Below are positions 45,373-57,784 of a DNA stretch of 64,000 bases, piece after piece; the stretch's first letter is position 1, and every line of letters starts with the position of its first letter. The notes beneath the pieces were generated by a model. That model was not told the DNA's origin, made no database searches, and saw only the letters and a list, made by a program, of their open reading frames with translations. This DNA comes from the human T2T-CHM13v2.0 reference genome, Homo sapiens. The translations under genes and the position numbers were made by a program. The DNA lies in NCBI RefSeq assembly GCF_009914755.1, contig NC_060942.1, one strand, 5' to 3'.

Positions 45373-46616
45373 CAAACTCTGTAGGACATCCACAGAGACA
45401 CAAAGAAGCATACATTGTTAGTGACTTTTAAGACAATTGTTAACTAGTGATGCTAAAAGTTAACACTTGAGCTTGAGTGTGATGAAGGAGACAAGACCAG
45501 ATGCAGGCAGATTCTTAAGGTTCTATGAGGTTCTTCCATTTTCTGTTTGTAAACATGAAACTTTTATTTCCTTAACCTTCCTGTGTCCAACTTTCTTTGT
45601 TCCTGACCTCCTACCTCTTGGCAGGCATTTGAAACCAGTTTTCAAATTCCTCAATTCCGTACTCATCCTAACCTGATTCCAATCCATGCTATCTCCTTTC
45701 TTTTTTGCCATGGTTCTGCTTCCTGACAATAGCTCGTCTCCATTTAACTCAGAGAATACCCTGATACAAATCCCGCCCACTCCCTTGGCAAAAAACAAAC
45801 TATGCAACTGTGCACTCAGATGGTGCTGGCCTCTTTTCTCAAAAGGACTAAAATTACAGTACTTCCAGATACTTACAGGTTTAAGTTTTATTTTAAAAAA
45901 GAGCTGTTTATAGTATATTATAATGTAAAATGGCTCTTTATAATCTATTAAGATATACTGCAGAACTGTTGGGAAATTATATATTGTACAGCATATATAT
46001 TGTATATTATAGATAGATATTATGTTATCTATCTATCTGTGCCTAAAATTATAACCAACTAATAGAAACAACAGTGGCCTCAATGAGAAATACACACATT
46101 CACACACATGCATGATAGTTTTTCTTTCTTCTTTCCACTGAGATCTGGGCAAGAGCTCATTTATTTAATACCTAACTTTGGAAAGACATGTTACAAAAAT
46201 AATGTTAGACATTTAATAAGTATGCTAGGTATTAGGTTTTCCCTGAAAAGTGACTGGTAGTATTCATATGCATATTAAGAGGACTGCCCCGCTTTGACTC
46301 AATTGTCAAGAAATCTAGGCTTGTCAGTTCACCTTAGAAAAATCATAAAGCAGAAATCCGTGAACACATAGCTCAGTGTCTCATTTGATGACTGTGACAG
46401 TGACTGCTTATACTTTCATGTGAAGCAGTTTCTTTACTGCCCATCCTTATCACAGTAGATTAAGAATAAGAACATGAAGGTTTTTATTTTCTCAAACATG
46501 CCATGCTTCAAGAATGTGCCCCCTTGCTATTTAAATACAACCATTAGCAAATGGAGAATAAGTGAGCACCAGTTTGAAAAACTTCAAGAAAAGGCATCTT
46601 GTTTTTATTTGTTCCT

Positions 46617-47019
46617 TGTATTAGTCAGGACTCTCTAGAGGGACAGAACTAATGGAATATACATACATATATATATATATGTTTTCTGCAGGTTAAGGAA
46701 CAAGGAGACCCAGTCTGAGTTCCAAAACAGAAGAACTTGGAGTCTGATGTTCGAGGGCAGGAAGCATCCAGCAAGGGAGAAAGATGTAGGCTGGGAAGTT
46801 AGGGCAGTCTTTCTTTTCACATTTTTCTGCCTGTTTTATATTCCAGATGCACTGGCAGCTGATTAGATGGTCCCCACCCAAATTAAGGGCAGGTCTGCCT
46901 TTCCCAGCCCACTGACTCAAATGTTAATCTCCTTTGGCAACACCCTCGCAGACACATCCAGGATCAATACTTTGTATCCTTCAATCCAATCAAGTTGACA
47001 CTCACTATTAACCATCACA
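46617..47019 (-). mobile_element. MLT2A1 (HERV-L) solo LTR with an internal deletion
   Basis: tgtattagtcagg...ctctagagggacagaactaatgg...ttcaatccaatcaagttgacactc...taaccatcaca; TSD ttcct/ctcct. Confidence 0.92.
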
Positions 47020-47064
47020 CTCCTGAATGTTCTTCATAAACCTGGTGAAAATGATGGAAAACTT

Positions 47065-47520
47065 AAGGTGCATCCTGCTGCTAGCAACAGAAAACCACAG
47101 CTCAAGCCAGTGTAAACAATGAGAAAATTGTGTTATCTCAGATAACCAGAAGTCCTGAAAAGAGAAGTTCCAGGCTTGATGGGGCAAGTGCTTAAGCTTA
47201 AACCCATCATCAAGATCCTGATTTCTCTTCATCCTTCTACACGTCTGCTTGGATCTCAGCTCAGTTTTTCACGGTAGTGAGTGGGATGCCAGATTTCTAG
47301 TGTTCACCTGCCTATAACACAACAGTTAACAAAGACAGAATATCGTCCTGTGTGTCTTTTGTTCTCAGGGAAGTGTTTTGAGGGGAGAATTGACAGAGAT
47401 TATGTTCTTTGACCATTTCTAAATCATTCACTGGAAAGAGAAATGAGATTGCCATGACCAACACAGGAACACATGTGAAGAAGGTGGGTTTCAGAATAAA
47501 TCAGTATCTTTTCCTGGAAA
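47065..47520 (-). mobile_element. Old MLT1 (J/K/L-like) LTR fragment
   Basis: gctagcaacagaaaaccacagctcaagccagtgtaaacaa...tatctcagataaccagaagtcc. Confidence 0.45.
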
Positions 47521-48169
47521 TGTATCCTGCAGTTGGAACTGAGAAGCAAATTATAATGAACTATTGAGCTATGTCTCTTATTGTTCTTTACCAAATTCCA
47601 TTAATTTTATATATTTTTTTATGTTTGGTTTCACATACTAAATCCTGAAATCCTTTATTTTGAAGATAATCTTATTTAAGTATACACAAAGTAAATATGC
47701 AATAAACCCTTTTTATAATTCATTACATTGTAATTCAGTAACTCACAAATAAAATACTTTATCTAGGGTTTGGTATGAGAATCCTGCCTCCAGTCATGAA
47801 CTTCAAAATAACAAATATTGTTTTATTTAGGTGAGTGCAATCTACTGTAACAATTAGCTCTTAAGTGTATAATGTGAAAGAAACAAATAGCACTTTATTC
47901 TTTGCTCAGTGAATAGCACCCTCATGCCCTCTTCAGTTTGCAAGTTCTCTGTGGAGGTTCTCTCTCTTCCAGCCAGCTGAATAGGAACATAGCACAATGG
48001 AAACTCATGGGCCAGGCTTGGAAATAGCACATGTTTTCCCCGACATCCCATTGGCTACGACTCAATGATAGAGTCACCTTTAACCATAGGGTAGTGGTTG
48101 AGGAGAAGACCTGGTTTTGTAACAGTGAGAGGAGAACGATGATATTATGGGCTCTTTGACTCAAATGCA

Positions 48170-48340
48170 TCACATCATACATAGATGACCATGTTTAACT
48201 CTCATAATAACCACAACGTGTAAATACGATGAATACCCCTATATTGCATATGAGAAAAAGAACACACTCAAAGAGGTTAGTCAAAATTTTTTGCAGTAAG
48301 CAGTGCAGCCTGGATCAAAATTTCCAAACTGTATCCTTTT
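48170..48340 (-). mobile_element. MIR
   Basis: tttaactctcataataacc...atattgcatatgagaaaa...actcaaagaggttag. Confidence 0.5.
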
Positions 48341-48423
48341 TATGTTACATCATTTGGTTATTTGAGGAGAAATAAACCCTCGCCATTTGTACCTCGAGAT
48401 TCTTCACAAGAAGTTCTCTCAAC

Positions 48424-48701
48424 CTTCATCCATGTCCCTACAAAGGACATGAACTCATCATTTTTTATGGCTGCATAGTATTCCATGGTGTATATGTGCC
48501 ACATTTTCTTAATCCAGTCTATCATTGTTGGACATTGGGTTGGTTCCAAGTCTTTGCTATTGTGAATAGTGCCGCAATAAACATACGTGGGCGTGTCTTT
48601 ATAGCAGCTATATACATATATATGTAACTAACCTGCACGTTGTGCACATGTACCCTAAAACTTAAAGTATAATTAAAAAATAAATAAAAATAAAAAAAAA
48701 A
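48424..48701 (+). mobile_element. Short L1PA3-like insertion with a 5' inversion (twin priming)
   Basis: 48424-48608 is the L1 ORF2 end on the minus strand (DWIKKMWHIYTMEYYAAIKNDEFMSF); 48609-48701 is the sense 3' end (gtaactaacctgcacgttgtgcacatgtaccctaaaacttaaagtataa plus A tail); TSD aagttct(c/g)tcaaccttc. Confidence 0.93.
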
Positions 48702-48729
48702 GTTCTGTCAACCTTCCAGTGTGCTTTGC

Positions 48730-49109
48730 TTCAGCCAATTTTGAGCAGCCAGTGTCTTCCCCTCTATGCAGGAGGGCTCATGCCCCAACCTCAGAACTGC
48801 AGCAAGAAGCCATGCCAGGGGTGCGAAGAAATAAGAACCCCCACGTAGCTCCTCCTCACTAGCTCCTCGCGGGAGTGGGAACCCAGCTATCCCGACTCCT
48901 TTCCTCTCAGCAGGATGCTCCCAAGGCTCCTCTTTTGTATCATTTCCCAGAATTACCTGGCAGAATTAAGCCTCCGTCACCCACTGTGATTGAAGCCTCC
49001 ATGTGCATTCTTTCTTGGCTGTCTCCCCTTTCTGTGTCACTCCCACATTTACCTACCGGCATTCTCAGAACTTTCCACACACAGCTTCTAGGAGAACCAA
49101 AGCTAAGAC
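48730..49109 (+). mobile_element. LTR16-like ERVL LTR
   Basis: tttcccagaattacctggcagaattaagcctcc...gcttctaggagaaccaaagctaagac. Confidence 0.6.
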
Positions 49110-49480
49110 TGTAAATCTCAGAAATAGAATTTTGAATGAAAAAAAAAAGCAAGTTGCAGAAAAATGGATAAAGTATCATACCATTAGAAAAGGAATGAGG
49201 CATGCAGAACTAAATAAAGTATTTTGTAGGGATATACACATATGGGATAAATCTTTCAAAAAAAGAGTCAATGAATAATATACCCACATTTCAGGACAGT
49301 GGTGACCTGTGGGAAAGGCAGGTGAAGCCATCAGCTTCAGAAGACACAGGGCTTCAGGGGTATTGAGAGTGTTCTAGCTCCTTTACAGATAGAGAGTAAA
49401 TTGAGTTTATCATTGTGGATTAATTTACAAGTGGACTAGCATATATTCATTCATATAAAGGGAATAAAAATATTTTAAAA
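49110..49480 (+). mobile_element. L1ME 3' end fragment
   Basis: aatctcagaaatagaattttgaatgaaaaaaaaaagcaagttgcagaa...ggacagtggtgacctgtggg. Confidence 0.6.
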
Positions 49481-49879
49481 GAATACATTTAGAAAAGGAC
49501 ATTAAAAATTCCAATGGGCTAAAAAGGAAATGAGTAAAATACGGAGGAGTTTAAATCGCTGAATTCTAGGGTGGGTATAGTGACTTCTGGTTGCATCTCT
49601 AACTTAACGTGGATGCTGTCAAAGGAGAGACTGATGGCATCAGGAGTGCCTAGACATGCCTGCTTGACTAAGGCTGCCAGAAAAATTACAGACGCTCCAT
49701 TGTATTTTAATGTCAGGTAAGCAACGAGTATTTTTGTATAATTATGTCCCTAGTATGTCCCTCTCACTTTAGTCTGGTGATGTCCATTTTAGTCATTTAT
49801 TTTAGTGAAGTGGGATATGTATGTGTATATACATATATATTTGTGTATATATATGTGTATATATATATATATGTTCTTA

Positions 49880-49965
49880 ATGTATTCAAATATTGTGTGA
49901 GATATACTTACGCTAAAATATTATTTTTAATGGCCTGAAATTCAAATGTATCTGGGTCTCCAGTT
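49880..49965. mobile_element. MER53-like hAT fragment
   Basis: atacttacgctaaaatattatt...ctgaaattcaaatgtatctgggtctcc. Confidence 0.45.
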
Positions 49966-50529
49966 TCATTTTCCTCAAAGGTATTAATTACATAGAGATA
50001 TCATAAAAAACTTATAACACACAGAGATCGAGGGTTTAACTCCAAACACAGCACCCAGAGGATTGAAGTTGCATGCACATTATAAAAATTTAAAAATGAT
50101 CATCACCATCAAGAATTTATCATTAGAAATTTTATATTTGGCTTCAAAAATATGAAGCTTTGGGTTTTAAAACATATATTAATATTTAAGACAAAAATAT
50201 AAAACAGTAGTATATGTGGCTGAGTAAAGAAAATGATCATAGTTTATTTCTGGGGTCACAACACCTTAGAGGGGAGCTTCTCCACCACAGAGACCCTGTA
50301 TATTTCATTTAGATATTTCCAAATCTCTCTCCTTTCCTACATTGTACTTTAATTGCAAACACAAAAGTGGTGTTTAAAGTTAAGATTTCCTAGCCACGTA
50401 AGCTTCATTCTTGAGCATATAAATGAATCTGTCTTTATGGCCCAGCTTTGGTTTCTCAGGAACATACTCTCGTCAACAGAAGAGGTATTGGAATTCCAGG
50501 AGATAATACAAGAGAATGTAGGAAATATG

Positions 50530-50720
50530 GTACATAAGCATAACTACATTATTTCACTTGTTCTCACAATGCCCTTCTTTTGCAGATAATGTGATTACAT
50601 CCATTTTACAAATGAGAGGATTAAGACCAACAGGAAGATTACGGAATTTGTGCAGAGTCCTACAGTTAGTAAGTGGTGAAGCCAGAGTGTGACTGTTGGC
50701 CTCCCAAGTCCACACTGCTA
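50530..50720 (-). mobile_element. MIR
   Basis: catccattttacaaatgagagg...cagttagtaagtggtgaagccag. Confidence 0.7.
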
Positions 50721-51159
50721 GCCACTTCTGCTAGCAGCACCAGCCCAAATGGTGCAACTTTCTGAACATGACCACCTAGATCTATATTGAAATTTGGACA
50801 AAGTTCCCCAAAAAAGCCACACACCTATCAGTTCCTTAGAGCAGAAATGGGGTATGGTTGGAAGTTGCAAACACGCTATGGTTAAATTCCTTTTTCTCAC
50901 TTTGGCATATAGAAAGAACAGGAATACTTCAGCCCATCCCTTTAGCCTCACCTCACCATGAGTATAATCACCTATATACATTTTCCAGAAACACGGTGCA
51001 TTGATCTGACTTCTGTTTCCCTTCCCTTACAAACACGTACATGCTGAACTACGTATTATAGCTATCTCAGACTCTGGGATAAATGAAAAGAGTCTCCAGT
51101 GAAAATTTACACCATAAGACTCGACCAAATGTATGCTGTCCTATGGTGTATGTTCAGGA

Positions 51160-51707
51160 CATGTGTTATTCTTTTGGGCTGCCCAGAATGTGAATCTCAT
51201 TCCCATGTTTTGGAAACTGTGTGCTGTGGTAACCTGGGTGTCCCATGAAGAAGATAAACATCAATTTCCCGGCTATTCCATCTTTGAAGCTCATGTACAC
51301 ATGTGACCATGTGACCTGGCCCTCCCAAGCAGATGTATTTCTGCCAGATTTCACTAGAAGTCTAATCAGAGAATTGGATGCTAAGTGGTATCCCCACCAG
51401 CGAGGATTGTAGCAGCAGCAGCAGCCATGTAACTCTACTTTCCACAGGTAACAGTGATTAAAAATCCAGCAACTGCACCCAATATCAAGAATGAGTGGTA
51501 TTAGTGGTTAAAGTGGTGTTGCCTGTGGTCTTGATGGAAACAATTGTGCAGCATGATTTAGAAACTTCTCTGGCTCTGCAGCACCCAAGGCTGGTCTCCA
51601 GTCCTTTCAGGGCACTCTGACAATCCCAATGTCCTTTATAAGTTGGGTTTTGTTTAAATCAGCCAGAGTTGGTCTCAGTTGTTAGCAATTAAGAATACTT
51701 ACTGGCA
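51160..51707 (+). mobile_element. LTR33-like ERVL LTR
   Basis: ttttgggctgcccagaatgtgaa...tttaaatcagccagagttggtctcagttgttagcaattaagaa. Confidence 0.5.
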
Positions 51708-51829
51708 GAATATGGGAATCATATGGCTTGAAATTCATTTAAAACACTTCTCTACACATGAACCTATTGGAACCTTATAAGAAGTAATCTGAAAACCACC
51801 CTGTAGACACTTTTATAAGTTAGGAATTC

Positions 51830-52590
51830 AAAATTTAATAGAGGAAAAATTGTCAAATATAATGTCACAGTGAAAAATATTAGATACACAAGAAAATAAA
51901 GTACCATGAAGAAAATTCTGTGGAAGCAACCATTAAAGAATTGATGATTCAAGAATAAGAAAAATAGGAGAATATAAAATAGGCCAAAAAGGTATGTTTA
52001 TAATAATTAAGGAGATTCAAGAAGGAATGGGAATCAGTGAAAAGACATATCCTAATGGAAAAAAGAACAAGCATATTTGAAGAACAATCATATGTAACTT
52101 TTACTAAAATAAGTGTTTTAATTTAGAACAGTTTTAGATGTATAGAAAAATTACAAAAATAGTCACGTTTCCATAGAACCACACACCCAGTTTCCCATAT
52201 TATTAATGTATTACATTAATGTGCTACATCGGTTACAATAAATGGACTAATATTGGTATATTATTATTAATTAAAGCTCATATTTTATTCATATTTCCTT
52301 CCTTTTTACCTAGCATCCTTTTGCTGTGCCAGGATCTCATCCTAGCTACCACATTACATTTGCTTTTTACGTCTCCTTAGGCTCAGCTGTAATTCTTACC
52401 CATGTTAAGTTTTCTTACGACAAAAACAAAAAAAATACTTTTGGAGGTGATGGATATATTTATTGCCTTGATTAAACCTAGAACTTATGAGTATATCCAT
52501 ATACCCAAACTCATTAAATGTTATTCATTAAATATGCACTGTCTTTTGTATATCAATTATACCTCAATAAAGCTATTATTTTAAAGAAAG
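51830..52590. mobile_element. Patchwork of old L1M fragments (ORF1 start on +, L1MB/MC 3' end on -, L1MB 3' end on +)
   Basis: ccaggatctcatcctagctaccacattacattt...ctccttaggctc (-); tttggaggtgatggatatattt...caattatacctcaataaagc (+). Confidence 0.65.
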
Positions 52591-53146
52591 ATTTAACTAT
52601 TTAACTACATGAGGTAGCTTTGTCATGTGTCCATTTGGCTAGGCTGAAAAACATTTCCCAGAATTCTCCCTCTTCTATGTTTCCCATTAGCATGGGCCAC
52701 ACGTACATGTTTTTGAGTGAGATTTGCAGGGTGGAAGTAAAGCCATAGCATTTGTAGCCCACACACTGTGATACTCGTCTGCTGACTAAGCTCATTGGCC
52801 GGAGGCAGAATCTTGTCCTACACATGTCCTTACACAGCTTGACTTTTGCTTCTGTGCTTCCTGGGCCAATTTCTCAATACCTTCAAAGGTCCTGACTTCT
52901 GAAATGACACTCGTAACACAAGGTGAGCACCAGAAGAACTAACACAGGTGAAAGTCACTCCTGGGGGTTTCAGCTGTGCTTATGGACTCCATCACCTCCC
53001 ATTCATGTTTTCTTCCAAAGTGCCTACCCTGTGAACTTTAGTAAACTTCAAACTCCAACATCAGATGTGAAGACAACAGCCTTAGAAGGACTGCCTAACT
53101 AGCTCACACAGTTCCAACAAATCCTTATAACAAATCTGTGTGTGTG

Positions 53147-53509
53147 TGTGTTAGTCTGCTCTCACACTGCTATGAAGTGATATCCAAGACTGGGTAATTT
53201 ATAAAGGAAAGAGGTTTGACTCACAGTTCTGCATGGGTGGGGAGGCCTCAGGAAACATACAATCACGACGAAGGTGAAAGAGAAGCAGGCACCCTCTTTA
53301 CAGGGCGGCAGGACAGAGTAAGTGCAAGCAGGGCTAGACGCTTTTAAAACCGTCAGATCTTGTGAGACTGACTCTCACGAGAATAGCATAGAGAAAACTG
53401 GCCCCATGGTTCAATTACCTCCACCTGGTCCTCGCCTTGACACATGGGGATTATGGGGATAACAATTCGAGGTGAGATTTGGATGGGGACACAGAGCCAA
53501 ACAATATTA
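53147..53509 (-). mobile_element. THE1D/MSTA-like LTR nested in the 5' ERVL LTR
   Basis: tgtgttagtctgctctcacactgctatgaag...gagatttggatggggacacagagccaaac. Confidence 0.9.
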
Positions 53510-54234
53510 GCGTGTGTTTGTATATATGCATTTAGATATGTATCTTCTGGTGTTTTTACCTCTCTGATTGAACCCTGCTGAAACAGAATTTGCTATTGAG
53601 AGTGGTTCCAGAGAAAGAGAATATTAAGGATATGTTCTACGCATTGGTTCTGGGATTTCTGGAACCGGTTCTCTGATTTAATTAGATTTAAAAGCACAAA
53701 TGATCGAGTTTCCAGTGCAATGGAGCATTAGTAACCCATGCATGCAGTGTCAGAACCGTTTAGACAATCACACCAGCGTCTGTAAGAGTAAAGGTTCCAG
53801 GTGACCAAGCATTTGCTGTCTTAGGATATTTTGGTGAAAATAATAGGTAAAATTGGATGGATTTATTGCTGCTAGAAGTGGAGAACTTGGGAAAAGAAAA
53901 TGAGATCCTCTTTTGCTGAAGTTGGGTTACTGAACTGAGAGTGAATGAAATCCTGAAAACTGGCGTGAGAACATGTGGAGAGATTCTGATTAAACTGGGC
54001 ACCTCGAACACCGAATCCCACCGAGCACCCTTTGTTGGTAGAAGCAGCTTTCTCAACTCTGTGCAGAAGTTTGTCCTCTTTGGCCAAAAACACCTGTAGT
54101 TACCTCCTTCCTGGAGGTAGTTGCCAACAGGCCCCAATTTATGAAAATTTACGTGTGACCAGTGAGGAGGTATAAGGCCAACTGAAAGAATGGCATTATT
54201 TTGCCCATTCATATTGACTGAAACCCAAGGGTTT

Positions 54235-54715
54235 GTATCAAAATATAAATAAATCCTAAAACCTAATAAGTGAAGGATAATCCAGTTTTTTAATGGGCAA
54301 GGGATCTGAATAGAAACTTATCTAAAGAAGACAGACAAGTGGCCAACATGCACATAAGAAGATACTCAAATTATTAGTCACTAAGGAAATGCATATCAAA
54401 ACTACAGACGACATGTTATACCCTTTAAGATGATTAAAATAAAAGAGACAAACAATAAGTTTTGGCAAGGATTTGAATAAATTGGAACCTTCATACAGAA
54501 TAGGTTAAAGTTTGCCTAGGGCTGGTTGGTGAGGGATGAGGAATATAAAGAAAAGGGAGTGACTGCTAATGGGAACAGGGTTCCTTTTGATGTGATGAAA
54601 TATCCTAAAATTAGGTAGTGGTTACAGTTACATAAGTATGGGAATGTATATAAATAAAACAACAACACTGTGCAATTTAAAAGGTTAAATTTTATGGTAT
54701 ATGAATAAAGCTGTC
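54235..54715 (+). mobile_element. L1MB-like 3' fragment nested in ERVL gag
   Basis: atgggcaagggatctgaatag...gagtgactgctaatggg...ttttatggtatatgaataaagctg. Confidence 0.8.
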
Positions 54716-54976
54716 TTTAAATACAGCTGTCTAAATAAAGGTCTAGGGATATTGGAATGTTAGTGTGGATTTATCAAGTATGACCTGCTCTGGAAAGACC
54801 TAGAAGACATATCTTTCCTCACAGCTGTGAGAAATCAACTCAAGGGGGAAGCTCCAGCATTTTTGAAGAGTTCTCTCTTCTGTAAGTCGGAAATCACAAG
54901 GAAACTGCTACACTGAAGTGGGCTCTCTACCCAAGAGAAGGAATGGGATTCCAGGATGGCGGAAGCTGTTGGGAGC

Positions 54977-55509
54977 TGTTGGAACAAAAGAATCCTTTCT
55001 TTCCCCTCTGGAGTTTTAATATTTGAGTCTGACAGAAAAACTGACAATAGACCAATTAACAGGAAAAAGGCAAACACATTTATTATGTGCACGGGGGCAT
55101 CACAGGAAGCTGAGGACTCCATAACAATGGAATTTGGAAGGCTATGTGCCCTTCTTCATCGGGAGAAGGAGTAGAGGATGAAGACATGTTAGAGGGGGAG
55201 AAAATAACTTTTAGAGCAGATGAGTGGGCCTGGAAAACAGACAACCATCTGGTACAAAGTCATCTGGACTCTAGGTGTGGTGTCAACTGTAGTCTTCTTT
55301 CTGTGATATGCCTCAGTCTCACCCTGTTGATAAGACATCTGGGGAAGGGATTCACAACAATTGACTATGTTCTGGAGGATCTGGCCTTTAGTAGATGGGA
55401 ATACTTCAGGGAAAGCCCATCCCTGCATTTGCTGTTCCCTAGGAGCTCTCATTTTGAAGTCCAAAGCGGCATATTTAAGGGGATTATTAATATTTCCTGA
55501 GCTCCAACA
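54977..55509 (-). mobile_element. ERV1 solo LTR (MER34/MER39-group-like) nested in the ERVL
   Basis: tgttgg...ccaaca termini; 4-bp TSD gagc; aactgacaatagaccaattaacaggaaaaagg motif. Confidence 0.8.
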
Positions 55510-56486
55510 GAGCCAAGTGAGGGCACTTAGTCACTGAAGACAAGGTGAGTTACTGGAATGGCCAATTGTATAACGTCTGATAGTCAAACTAGAACTGAAA
55601 CTGATGGACAGTCCAGTGAAATTTTACTTGGCCTGATTAAGCGGAAAAGCTGTAGTCTGTTGAACTGAAGTCTGAATTGAATAACCAAAATGAGAGTCAT
55701 GTCCCTCAATTAATTTACATTTCATACACTCAAAGCCGCTGAAATGGCTGCCCTGTGCCCAAATTCTTACCCCTGAGGCAGGGTGAAGAAAGCCTGAAGC
55801 CATCCCATTGAAAAAAAGACACTGCTGCATAGCAAAACAAAAATAATTTACACCTGCAAATCATCCTCTTTATGATCCCACCCAAGGACTCAATCTATTT
55901 AACATAATGACAGCTTTGGGTAAGAAAAAATGATCAGATCTTGAGGAATTATAGGATTTATTTCATGGTTCTAAACTGACAATACTTCCTGTGGTCACCG
56001 GTCAGAGTAGGAAATTGTGGCTGTCAGATAACTGATGGAGTGTTAGCTGGAGTCTGCCTCACAGTGGGCCACCTTCTGATTATTTTCCTAGCACCAGAAT
56101 GGTTACAGCATCTGCAAATAACTTGCAGAATTCCCGTGTGTACCTGACCATGGAGTGAAAAGAGAGCAAAACGGAAGCCACTGGAACGGCCCCTGCCTTT
56201 GACAATAGTAAACCCAAGGTAGTACACATTCCTGGAGTGCAGAGATTGTTGCCACCATCAAGGACTCGAGAGATGCAGGGGTGGGGATTCCATTCTATTC
56301 ATCTATTTTGTCTGTGTAGATAGCAAATGGATATTGGAGAATGAAAGCCGATTATTGAAAATTTAATCAGATGGGGACTCCAGTTGCAGCTGTTGTTCCA
56401 AATGTGGCTTTGCTAGAGGAAATTCACACATCCCCTTGTATCTGGCATGTGACTATGGACCTGGTGAGTACTTTTTCCCTCTATAC

Positions 56487-56682
56487 CAGGAAAACTTGCA
56501 AGCTGAATCCAGCCTGTATCCTATTTTTGAAGAGCTCTTAAGCTAAGAAAGGTTTTTACATTTTTAAAGAGTTAAAACAAACAAACAAACAAACAAAGAC
56601 TGTATGACAGAATCTGTGGGACCCAAAGACTAAATTATTTAATTGCCTGTCTCTTTATAGAAACAAGTTTGCTGACCCCTTG
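56487..56682. mobile_element. MER58-type hAT-Charlie MITE nested in the ERVL RT
   Basis: gctaagaaaggtttttacatttttaaa...aagtttgctgacccct terminal inverted repeat (TIR). Confidence 0.8.
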
Positions 56683-57300
56683 TGGTGCTTTAGAGAAAAT
56701 ATTTTTGTAGCTGAACAAATTTTGCTGAAATGGGACCAGGACTAAATACAAGCCTCGGAAAATAATTTTTGACTGCCTATGTAAAACTCCAGAAAACTTT
56801 ACCCCCTGGAGGTATTTGTCTTCATTTCAGAAGGGTGTGGAGACCTGGGCTGGGAGACGCGGGGTTGCAGAGCTGGAGACAGTGGTGTTATCTTGCCCCT
56901 GGTGAGATGGATTTATATCCTAAAGGGTTGGAGATAAGACTCAGGGTCCTCCTGAAGAAGCAAAAGTTCTCTCCCTTCTTTGAGGAAGAAAGCTGGACAG
57001 CATGCACAGAAGCACCTGGACTCTTCCCAGGATTTTCGCCTGAAATACAAATACCTTATGCACAGGATGGCTTCAGGCTTCCATCACGCTGCCCCAGGGA
57101 TAGGAATTTGGGCACAGGGCAACCATGAAATTGTTTCCTGGAAAGTAAATAATGATTAATCCACTCTAGTCCAGAGACCTTATGGATGCATTCAGTATAA
57201 AATTAATAATATGACTATTAAAAACCTAAGATTTCTGCTTTATACTTCTTAGTGAAGATCATAAGCAAGTATTTGCTTTAAGCTGAAAAAGTTGGCAATA

Positions 57301-57717
57301 TGTCCTTCGGGGATATATCAGTTCTCAGTTCCATACCAGAATCAAGCCCTAGGGAACTTCACCGTCCTTCAGTGATTTATCGGTTCTTCAGTCCCATACT
57401 GTCCCTCATTGTCCTTTAGGGATTTATCAATTCTTCAGTCCCATACTATTCTTCACTGTCCTTCAGTGATTTATCAATTCTTCAGTCCCATACTGTCCCT
57501 CACTGTCCTTCAGGGATTTATCAATTCTTCAGTCCCATACCAGAATCTAGCCCAAGGGAACTTCAGTGTTCTTCAGAGATTTATCAGTTCTTCAGTCCCA
57601 TACTATTCTTCACTGTCCTTCAGTGATTTATCAATTCTTCAGTCCCATACTGTCTCTCACTGTCCTTCAGGGATTTATCAATTCTTCAGTCCCATACCAG
57701 AATCTAGCCCAGGGGAA
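57301..57717. repeat. Minisatellite: 8 copies of a 37-bp core with 10- or 26-bp linkers and a 157-bp higher-order repeat
   Basis: Core tgtccttcagggatttatcaattcttcagtcccatac starts at 57301, 57363, 57410, 57457, 57504, 57567, 57614 and 57661. Confidence 0.95.
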
Positions 57718-57784
57718 ATTTTATGGTTTTTTTCTTCCTTCTCTGAGTGTCACAGTGGTGTATTGCACTGATATTAAGCTGATC

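Noticed and set aside
53760-54212. 150-aa minus-strand ORF
   Set aside because: Antisense to decayed ERVL gag with no recognisable domain.
57301-57717. CRISPR-like repeat/spacer array
   Set aside because: The linkers are short and recurrent rather than unique spacers, there are no cas genes, the context is primate, and the unit derives from ERVL RT.
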